A DNA stretch of 32,259 nucleotides from a virus (lineage: Duplodnaviria; Caudoviricetes). The notes beneath the pieces are model-generated. The model saw nothing but the letters and a program-made list of their open reading frames with translations. It ran no database searches and was not told the DNA's origin. A program made the translations under genes and the position numbers. The DNA is taken from the IMG/VR virus record IMGVR_UViG_3300048576_000567, positions 1 through 32,259 of that record, one strand, 5' to 3'. Below are positions 8,359 through 15,811 of the stretch, piece after piece (position 1 is the first letter of the stretch; the number at the start of each line of letters is the position of its first letter).

Positions 8359-10083
8359 TTAGGTGGTGAGTTTGAAGACTTTGACGAAGCCGTTGACGTA
8401 GGTGATGCCGGGCCGGATGCGGATGTACCAGTGGTACTTCCAGTCGTCGCCGTGGTGCTCGACCTTCATTTCCGCCTCGGTGCGGTAGCCCAGGATGATG
8501 AACTTCGGCAGGCCTGCTACGAGCGTCTCGGAGGGCAACAGACGGCCCTTGACCGGGATGCCCGCGAAAGACACGTTTCCGCCCTCGAGCAGGAGCCGGT
8601 CACCGGCGTTGGTGGCGCGCTTGGCCAACTCGTCCCGAATCTTGATCAGGTCGCGCTGGGCGACGTAGATGTTGAAGTTGGTCTGCTCCTCCAGCATGTC
8701 GTCCGAAAAGGCCAGCAGCAGGGCCTCGAACCGATCTGCCCAGGTGGTGTAGGTTGCTTTCGACAAGTTGGTGACCGCGCTCGCGGCGGTGGCCTGCTTC
8801 ACGATACCGTCGAGGGCCTTCAGCTTTGGCGTTGCCGAGACACGATCACCCTGGAACAGCAGCAACCGCATGGCCTTCTCGGTCTTGCGGGCGATGTTCT
8901 GTTCGACGTACGCCCCGAACGCCTCGGCCCCGTACTTGTCTTTGTAGAACTCCACGATGTCGCGGCCCAAACGAAACTCGGCATTGAGGATACCGGTAAC
9001 GCAGGAGATGTCGGCAGTAGCCACATTCTGGGCGGTCAGGGCCCCATCCAGGCTGTTCTGGAAGATGAGGTCGTCGATCAGCCCGACGTCGATTTTTTCG
9101 TCCTTCAGCAAGGGCACGATGGTGATGTCGGACAGGGTATCACCGGGCTTCGACCCGATCACCTCGTCGATGAACAGACTGGTATTGTTGGCGTTGAGGA
9201 TGCCCATCGCCTGCCCGGAATCCACGTCGGCGATGCCCTTGTAGATCTCGCGGTGACTGGATTTTACCAGCACCTTCTGCCCGTCGATCACGACTTCTCG
9301 GTCGATGAACTGCGGGATCGGCTCGCCGCCGATGGACTTGGAAATCGCCCGGGTGAGGTTGCGGTTCAGGTCCTGCAACCCGCTCTCGATGCCCTTCAGA
9401 GCCTCGCGGGTGAGCACATCCCCTCTGGATTTCTCCAGCTCGGTCAGCTTCGCCTCCAGACCGTTCAGGGAAGCGGTCATGCCCGGATCGGCGGCCTTGC
9501 GAAGAGCAGCGATTTCCTGCTTGATGCTGTCCAAGGCCGACTGCACCCCGGTATCGCCGAGGTCGTCCGCCCGTCCGTAGATCGACACGCCATTGAAGCG
9601 ACCCTTCTCGACCTTCTGCCACAGCTCCGAGGCAAGGTCGTCGCACTTCAGCACTTGCACCCAAGCGCCCAGTCGCGTGTCCGGGAACTGATGCGGGTCG
9701 GCGGCCTTGAGGATGTAGTTCTCGGCCACGAAGATGTCCGGGATCGGCTTCAGATCGTGGTTCACGTCGCACTTGCCCACCATCCCGTGCCGGGCGAAGT
9801 GGTCACACGCCTTCTGCACCTCCACGGCGTTATACACGTCGCCCTGGGAATCGGGCGTATCCGGCTCCAGCAGGGTGACATAGAGCCGCCCCTGTTTGCC
9901 CGCGGTCTCGCTCTTGAACTTCACCGACCCGAACCGGTGCCGGTAGCTCTTCCCATCGGCCGCCTTGACCACGTAACCTTTTTGATTGGCAGGGTTCATG
10001 TCATCGAACAACAGGGAGACCAGATCGACCTCGATGTTGCGAAGTTCGCCCTTGCTGATCGTCTTTTTCTTGAACAGGTTCAC
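8359..10083 (-). CDS. Fused XkdF-like prohead protease / scaffold / major capsid protein (574 aa)
   Basis: N-terminal XkdF-type motifs (VDLVSL...PANQ, EPDTPDSQGD, CDVNH, LGAWV, FNGVSIYG), a coiled-coil linker, then a capsid-like C-terminus (LLLFQGD, ALDGIVKQA, SFAGIPV). GTG start with AAGGAGG. Confidence 0.8.
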   Translation of the reverse strand: MNLFKKKTISKGELRNIEVDLVSLLFDDMNPANQKGYVVKAADGKSYRHRFGSVKFKSETAGKQGRLYVTLLEPDTPDSQGDVYNAVEVQKACDHFARHGMVGKCDVNHDLKPIPDIFVAENYILKAADPHQFPDTRLGAWVQVLKCDDLASELWQKVEKGRFNGVSIYGRADDLGDTGVQSALDSIKQEIAALRKAADPGMTASLNGLEAKLTELEKSRGDVLTREALKGIESGLQDLNRNLTRAISKSIGGEPIPQFIDREVVIDGQKVLVKSSHREIYKGIADVDSGQAMGILNANNTSLFIDEVIGSKPGDTLSDITIVPLLKDEKIDVGLIDDLIFQNSLDGALTAQNVATADISCVTGILNAEFRLGRDIVEFYKDKYGAEAFGAYVEQNIARKTEKAMRLLLFQGDRVSATPKLKALDGIVKQATAASAVTNLSKATYTTWADRFEALLLAFSDDMLEEQTNFNIYVAQRDLIKIRDELAKRATNAGDRLLLEGGNVSFAGIPVKGRLLPSETLVAGLPKFIILGYRTEAEMKVEHHGDDWKYHWYIRIRPGITYVNGFVKVFKLTT

Positions 10084-10093
10084 TGTTCCTCCT

Positions 10094-11281
10094 TCAGTTT
10101 ATCTTGTTGGATTGGAATAGTTTCTCGTCGTCGGACTGGAACAGGGTGGTGATGTCGCCGAAGTCGAACTCCTCGGGTTTGACGTCCCAGGCGAACTCGC
10201 GGTTGAACTCCTTCGCCAGCACGAGAGCGATCCGCCTCTGGAGCGGCTTCACGACAAAGTGGTAGAACATCAGCATGTCGGAACGGTTGTCCCCGCCGAG
10301 TTGGCCGGGGATGAGCTGGGAAACCACCCTCGCGGGCACCCGGTGGTAGGCGAAAATACCTTCGCGGAGGTCTTTCTTGAGCGCGAGGAACCCGCCGTCC
10401 TTGGCTTCCTGGCGGAGCGGCTCCAGCCGGATGTGCACGTCCTTGTTCTCGCTTTCAATGAGCACCGTGCTGTGGCTCTTGGGGTTGCCCTTGGTCTCGG
10501 CCAGCACCTTCTCGATCTCAGCGTAGGCGTCGGTGATGGCGGTGTTTCCGTCGTTGTCGGTGACCGTCCCGTCGCGCAGACTCCCGCCTTCGACGATCAC
10601 GAAGTAGTCGATGAGCAGGCCGTTGCGGAAATTGTTGTAGTCGAAGGTTTTGATCTCGCCGAGAATCTCGATGTTCATCGCAACTGGCAGGCAGGCCAGG
10701 CCCCAAGCGGTGGACTTGTGCGTCCCCTTTTTGAAGTGGATGATATCGGTGTTCGGGAAATATCGACGCTGGCCGTTCTTGACCTGGATGAAGTCGGGCC
10801 GGAAGAACCCGAACTCGTCGAAACGCTCAATGATCTGCGCCTCCGAAGGCAAAAGCCGCTCGCAGCCCACCCACTCGCCCTTCGCGTTGCGCATCTTCAC
10901 CAGGAAGCCGTTACCACAGGCGAGGCAGTACTTTACGAACTCGGCAATGATGGTCGCGGCGTCCTCGGTGCCGGGGAACTCGGCCGCTTCCAGCCAGCCC
11001 TTCACCTGCGCGTTGTTCACCACGAATTGGGTGATCGTGGCCATGACGACCGCATCCACGCACCCGCAATGATACTCGTCCACATCGAGCAGATTCAATA
11101 ACTTCGCCATCGAGTAAGGCGCGGCGACGGTCTTTCGGGGTTCGTCGGCCTTTTCCAGAAGCCACGGCCCGACCGGGGTGAACTTCTCCAGATCGACCGG
11201 CTCCGTTTTGTACTTATCCTCAATCAGGTCAGCGGTTTCGGTGATGGCAAGGTTAACCCCGCTTAAACGCTTGAACCTCAT
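10094..11281 (-). CDS. Phage portal protein, PBSX/P2-Q-like (395 aa)
   Basis: CGNGFL, DIIHFK, YNNFRNG, IFAYHRVP and FYHFVVKPLQRRI motifs typical of portals; directly upstream of protease-capsid. Confidence 0.88.
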   Translation of the reverse strand: MRFKRLSGVNLAITETADLIEDKYKTEPVDLEKFTPVGPWLLEKADEPRKTVAAPYSMAKLLNLLDVDEYHCGCVDAVVMATITQFVVNNAQVKGWLEAAEFPGTEDAATIIAEFVKYCLACGNGFLVKMRNAKGEWVGCERLLPSEAQIIERFDEFGFFRPDFIQVKNGQRRYFPNTDIIHFKKGTHKSTAWGLACLPVAMNIEILGEIKTFDYNNFRNGLLIDYFVIVEGGSLRDGTVTDNDGNTAITDAYAEIEKVLAETKGNPKSHSTVLIESENKDVHIRLEPLRQEAKDGGFLALKKDLREGIFAYHRVPARVVSQLIPGQLGGDNRSDMLMFYHFVVKPLQRRIALVLAKEFNREFAWDVKPEEFDFGDITTLFQSDDEKLFQSNKIN

Positions 11282-11664
11282 GCCCCACCGCCCTTGCTGG
11301 TGGTCAGCTTGGCGATGCGAACGGGGCGTGCGTCGGCCCGGGCGGAATAATAATCGATGTGGGCGAAATCGCGGCCCAACAACCCGATATATTTGCTTCT
11401 AAAGTCCTCTTTCAACTGGTAAAGATCGGCATCCGGATCGGCCTTTTGGAAGGCGTCTACAACCAGGTAGATCGTCCACCCGAGGCGGGATTCCAGGTAT
11501 TGCCGGCCGGTCGGGAGCAGGCCGTCCTCGGTGTCCAGGACGACCACCGCGCAGGGAAACGTCTTGGGCAGGTCGTCCTTGTGGAAGCGGACTTCTGCGA
11601 TACCGGCACGATTGAGGGCATCTACGATCCGCTGGCGGTCGGCGAGGAAGGCGTCCCGGGTCAT
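11278..11664 (-). CDS. Putative tail terminator/neck protein (128 aa)
   Basis: LPKTFPCAVVV...WTIYLVV pattern and position in the neck gene cluster; ATGA overlaps. Confidence 0.5.
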   Translation of the reverse strand: MTRDAFLADRQRIVDALNRAGIAEVRFHKDDLPKTFPCAVVVLDTEDGLLPTGRQYLESRLGWTIYLVVDAFQKADPDADLYQLKEDFRSKYIGLLGRDFAHIDYYSARADARPVRIAKLTTSKGGGA

Positions 11665-12137
11665 GCGAGCACCACCCGGATGTCATCCAACTGCCTGATA
11701 ATCCAGCTCTCGCGCTTCTCGATCACTTCAGCGACGACGTTCCGCTCCGGTATCCCCTCGCGCTTGATCTTGCCCCGGATGAGGTAGGCGATCTGTTCGA
11801 CGGTCAGGTCGAGGCCGGTCTTCTTGTCCTGCCAGGACAAATGTTTACGCTCCACCCATGCTTTCAGGGGAGCCAACGGCGTCCACGAGGAAACCTTCCC
11901 ACCCAGCACGAACGACTCGTGACGGACATTGGAACCGACGTGCAGGGTAATGCCATCACCTTCCACGGTCACGAGATAGCCAAAGTTGTTGTAGAAGTCG
12001 CCCTTGTCGTAGATTCCCCGCTCGAGGGTCAGTCGTCGGGCGTCGCCGTCCAAGACCGACCCGATCAGGTGCAGGCGGCTCTCCAGGGCTTCCAGGATCG
12101 CCTTGTAAATAGCCACCATCAGCTCGTCCCCGCTCAT
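11661..12137 (-). CDS. Putative tail completion / HK97-gp10-like protein (158 aa)
   Basis: LHVGSNV, PLAPLKAWVERK and IKREGIPERN motifs resemble virion morphogenesis/neck proteins. Confidence 0.55.
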   Translation of the reverse strand: MSGDELMVAIYKAILEALESRLHLIGSVLDGDARRLTLERGIYDKGDFYNNFGYLVTVEGDGITLHVGSNVRHESFVLGGKVSSWTPLAPLKAWVERKHLSWQDKKTGLDLTVEQIAYLIRGKIKREGIPERNVVAEVIEKRESWIIRQLDDIRVVLA

Positions 12138-12595
12138 ATCACCACCGCCCGAATGCGGTGTCCCACCCGGTCGCAGAGCGCGTCCAGTCGGTTGCGACCC
12201 ACAGGGTTGAGGTAATCGGTGAGCGATTCCAGGGCACGACGTTCCAAAGTGGCCTTGAACGACTCGATCTCGCTACCGGTCAGCAGTTCCGTGGATTGCG
12301 CATCGAACCCGGTGGACTTGATAATCCCCTCGCCTAAGGTCTTCAGGTTCAGGAACTCCACCACCGAGGCCAGCATCAGGAAGGCGTATCCGAACCGGAA
12401 GGCAGTGAAGGCGGGGTCATCGTCATGAAACCCCTGCAAGGCTTCCTGATAGGCGTCCTCAAAGGTCACCGAGCGCAGGCGTTGCAACACCAGCGGGCGG
12501 TGCTCCTCGAAGATCATGCGGTCGCGCATCTCGTCCGGCAGGTTCAGTATCGCGCAGACGAACTTGGTCTCGACCGGGATCGCGGGGGTCGTCAT
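12134..12595 (-). CDS. Putative head-tail connector (153 aa)
   Basis: Helical ORF in the late operon. Start MTTPAIP overlaps the endolysin stop (ATGA). Function inferred from position. Confidence 0.45.
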   Translation of the reverse strand: MTTPAIPVETKFVCAILNLPDEMRDRMIFEEHRPLVLQRLRSVTFEDAYQEALQGFHDDDPAFTAFRFGYAFLMLASVVEFLNLKTLGEGIIKSTGFDAQSTELLTGSEIESFKATLERRALESLTDYLNPVGRNRLDALCDRVGHRIRAVVI

Positions 12596-13014
12596 CCCTT
12601 CCTCATCAGCTCGGACAGCTCGATAGCCCGCTTCCCGACCTGTTTTGCCCATTTGGAGACGAGCATGTCGTTGGCCGCTTTCTCGAAATCCCCCTCGGCG
12701 GCGTGCGCCAGCAGGGCATGGAACCCGAGCAGACCCGCCGTGCCCAAGTTGAACGCCATGTTCACGAGCACTGCCTTGCGGTTTGGGGAAAGCAGGGAGA
12801 ACAAGGTGGGGATGTGGGCCTGAAGCTCGGTCTCACAGCGGCGGATGTCGTTCTCCAGCAGGGTGAGGGCCTCGTCCCGGCTGATCCCACAGTCGTCCAG
12901 GTTCCGGCCCACGCCAATGGTGAGCTTCCCCGCCGGGCAGCGGTATGGCTTGAGCTTTAACCCCTCGTGCCGAATCAGTTGCTCCTTGAGAGTTTCGAGC
13001 AGGGCTTTATCCAT
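12592..13014 (-). CDS. Phage lysozyme / endolysin, GH24-like (140 aa)
   Basis: LIRHEGLKLKPYRCPAGKLTIGVGRNL catalytic region, LVNMAFNLG and SKWAKQVGKRA; RBS AAGGAG. Confidence 0.92.
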   Translation of the reverse strand: MDKALLETLKEQLIRHEGLKLKPYRCPAGKLTIGVGRNLDDCGISRDEALTLLENDIRRCETELQAHIPTLFSLLSPNRKAVLVNMAFNLGTAGLLGFHALLAHAAEGDFEKAANDMLVSKWAKQVGKRAIELSELMRKG

Positions 13015-13040
13015 GGTGGCTCCTTGTTCATTGCTGGAGC

Positions 13041-13097
13041 CATCCTACCTCCGACCCTGCCCCCGATCAAACACGGGTGCCTGTAGATGCAAGAGAA
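13041..13097 (-). promoter_or_regulatory. Late promoter A (endolysin-head-tail operon)
   Basis: Minus strand TTGATC-N17-TAGGAT; 42/57 ungapped identity to 27298-27354. Confidence 0.65.
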
Positions 13098-13231
13098 CAC
13101 AAATGAGAAAAATAGAAAAAAAACTTGCATTCTCACAAACTCATGAAGTTTATTACACGATTGGGGATCGTCGGAATCAAGCAGCACTATCGCAGACGTC
13201 CCCATGGCCAAAAAGGTTGAAGGAAGCGCAA

Positions 13232-15811
13232 ATGCCCAAAAAACTATCAGATTTGTCGAAACCCATCGATACCTATATCCATGGCAAGGAAGAGCGGTTA
13301 AACAACCCGCCTGTGGGAATGGTAACACCGGAAAACGATCCGGATGGCAACAAGAAGACCTACTCCTACGATCCGCATATCGACCCACAGCTTCAATGGG
13401 CAGGGAAATCTGAGCATACCAGCTTCGAGGTACCAACGGTATCTTTGCATGTGCATGAGCGAATCGATCCTTTAACGATTATCGAAGCTGTTCGAAAGCA
13501 AGAGCAAGAAGAGACGAGAGAGCAGATGACCATCTCTTTCTTCGAGAAACCTGCGGAGAACCCGCCTCTTCGAGAAGCGATTCAGTTCTATAAACACAAG
13601 CATGATTGGTCAAACAGGCTGATCGCCGGTGACTCCCTCTTAGTAATGAATTCGCTCTTAGTTAAAGAAGACTACGCGGGCAAAGTTCAAATGGTGTATT
13701 TTGACCCTCCGTATGGAATTAAATACAGCTCGAACTTCCAGCCTTTCATTGATAAGAATTCAATTTCGCTGAGCGACAAAGATGATGACCTAACGTGTGA
13801 ACCAGAAATGCTCAAGGCTTTTCGGGACACATGGGAATTGGGAATACACTCATATTTAGCATATTTGCGTGATCGGTTGTTATTGGCCAAAGAAATGCTT
13901 CATGATTCAGGCAGCGTTTTCGTCCAGATCTCCGATGAGAATGTTCATCGTGTGCGTGCAATCATGGATGAAATCTACGGTGCAGAGAACTTCGTCAGTC
14001 AGATCACAATTAAGCGTGCCTCGGTCATGTTTGCGAAGAAACTGCTGAATAATGCGGTATTCTACGTGGTGTGGTATGCGAAAAATAAGGAAAATGTTAA
14101 GTATAACCAGTTGTTTTATGAGAGAGATTATCAGTGGTTTGCAGATTCAGCGGGCTCTCATCTTCGCGCTGAAGACCCTGAAGGCGAAGTCACGATATCT
14201 TTGTCGGGTGATGAAAGGCGGAATATGGCGCTCTTTATGTCCGAGCATAAAGGTTGGAAGCTATACAGGTTATTAGGTGTTAATGCCCAAGGAACAGAGA
14301 AGCGAGATGGATTCAAGTTCAAAGACAAGGTATACTACCCCCCCAAGGGAACTCAATGGAAGTACTCCTACCAGGGTCTGGAGAAACTTAAACGAGAGAA
14401 TCGATTAGAGATTGAGAAGAACAGTTTGAGCTGTAAAGTCTATCTTGATGATTTTCCTGTAGTAGCCATCAACAGCCTTTGGGAACAGATTGGAGCTCCG
14501 GGGGATAAGATCTATGTTGTTCAGACATCTGACGAAATTGTAAAAAGATGCATGCTGATGAGCTCAATGCCAGGAGATTTAGTTCTTGATATCACATGTG
14601 GCAGCGGCACAACAGCCTATGTTGCGGAACAATATGGACGTCGATGGATTACTTGCGATACTTCCCGAATAGCCCTTACATTAGCCAAGCAAAGGCTAAT
14701 GACATCTGTATTCGACTATTATGAACTGGCTCACCCGTCAGAAGGGGTTGGTAGCGGTTTCAAGTATCGAAAAGTACCTCACGTTACGCTGGGTTCAATA
14801 GCGAATAGAGAACAACCAACCGAGGAGGATTTACTCGATCTTCCGAGCATAGATAGGTCACGGCGTCGAGTCACTGGGCCCTTCACAGTAGAAGCTGTTC
14901 CAGCTCCGGCAGTGAAGAGTATCGAGGAAATCATCAATGGAGAAGAACCCGCCTCAGACGAAAGCCTGTCGAGATCGGGCGAAACCCTTCGGCAAGCGGA
15001 GTGGCGGGATGAGTTACTTCGCACTGGCGCTCGTGGAAAGAACAGCCAGTATTTACGGTTCTCACGTCTTGAGCCCTTGCCAGGATGCCGATGGTTGCAT
15101 GCTGATGGTGAGACAAAACCAACAGATGAAGGCGGAGACTCTGTAAGAGAAAATGCTCCTGCCTTCAATCCTCTCAGGGTTGTCGTGTCGTTTGGATCGG
15201 AGTTCATGCCTCTCGAACAACGGCAGGTCTCCCTCGCCTTGGAAGAGGCTCAAACCCTGATGCCGAAACCGAGTATTCTGCTTTTCGCATCATTTCAGTT
15301 CGATCCGGAAGCAGCAAAAGATATCGATGAAACTCAGTGGCCGGGGGTGCAATTACTCCGGGCTTACATGAACGGTGACCTGCTGACCGAGGACTTGAAG
15401 AAGAAACGCTCCTCAAACGAGTCTTTCTGGCTTATTGGCCAGCCTGACGTACGAATCGAGAAGGTTGAGGCTGGGCAGCATCAGGTATATGTAGAGGGAT
15501 TTGACTATTACAACACGAAATCCGGGCAGCTTGAGTCGGGTGGAAAAGACAAGATCGCTTTATGGATGCTGGATACAGATTATGATGGGCGAAGCATCTT
15601 TCCCTGCCAGGTATTTCTGCCCTTGGAAGACGATAAAAAGGGATGGTCGAAGTTGGCGAAGGACTTGAGAGCTGAGATCGATCCTGAGCTTATAGAGTTT
15701 TATCGAAGTACGAAATCACTACCCTTTGCTGCCGGCAACCATAAACGCATTGCTGTGAAAATCGTGGATGATCGAGGCATTGAAAGCCTGGTTGTGAAGA
15801 GGTTGGACTGA
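13232..15811 (+). CDS. mod: Type III R-M methyltransferase Mod (859 aa)
   Basis: NRLIAGDSL, VYFDPPYG (motif IV), a variable TRD region, then LVLDITCGSGTT (motif I), i.e. beta-group order. Start MPKK follows GAAGGAAG; TGATG overlap with res. Confidence 0.92.
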   Translation: MPKKLSDLSKPIDTYIHGKEERLNNPPVGMVTPENDPDGNKKTYSYDPHIDPQLQWAGKSEHTSFEVPTVSLHVHERIDPLTIIEAVRKQEQEETREQMTISFFEKPAENPPLREAIQFYKHKHDWSNRLIAGDSLLVMNSLLVKEDYAGKVQMVYFDPPYGIKYSSNFQPFIDKNSISLSDKDDDLTCEPEMLKAFRDTWELGIHSYLAYLRDRLLLAKEMLHDSGSVFVQISDENVHRVRAIMDEIYGAENFVSQITIKRASVMFAKKLLNNAVFYVVWYAKNKENVKYNQLFYERDYQWFADSAGSHLRAEDPEGEVTISLSGDERRNMALFMSEHKGWKLYRLLGVNAQGTEKRDGFKFKDKVYYPPKGTQWKYSYQGLEKLKRENRLEIEKNSLSCKVYLDDFPVVAINSLWEQIGAPGDKIYVVQTSDEIVKRCMLMSSMPGDLVLDITCGSGTTAYVAEQYGRRWITCDTSRIALTLAKQRLMTSVFDYYELAHPSEGVGSGFKYRKVPHVTLGSIANREQPTEEDLLDLPSIDRSRRRVTGPFTVEAVPAPAVKSIEEIINGEEPASDESLSRSGETLRQAEWRDELLRTGARGKNSQYLRFSRLEPLPGCRWLHADGETKPTDEGGDSVRENAPAFNPLRVVVSFGSEFMPLEQRQVSLALEEAQTLMPKPSILLFASFQFDPEAAKDIDETQWPGVQLLRAYMNGDLLTEDLKKKRSSNESFWLIGQPDVRIEKVEAGQHQVYVEGFDYYNTKSGQLESGGKDKIALWMLDTDYDGRSIFPCQVFLPLEDDKKGWSKLAKDLRAEIDPELIEFYRSTKSLPFAAGNHKRIAVKIVDDRGIESLVVKRLD

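Noticed and set aside
2673-11101. Long plus-strand ORFs (2673-4175, 4209-5147, 8344-10152, 10259-11101 and others)
   Set aside because: They are antisense shadows of GC-rich phage genes, with no recognisable motifs.
13116-13155. Possible island promoter (A8 tract followed by TTGCAT)
   Set aside because: No convincing -10 at 16-18 bp spacing, so it is not listed as a feature.
12845-13231. 129-aa N-terminal extension of Mod in the ORF track
   Set aside because: It overlaps the endolysin and late promoter on the other strand. The ATG at 13232 has an RBS and fits the Mod N-terminus.
14338-14344. C7 tract in mod as a phase-variation site
   Set aside because: Too short; it encodes an ordinary YPPK, and no long simple-sequence repeat is present in mod.
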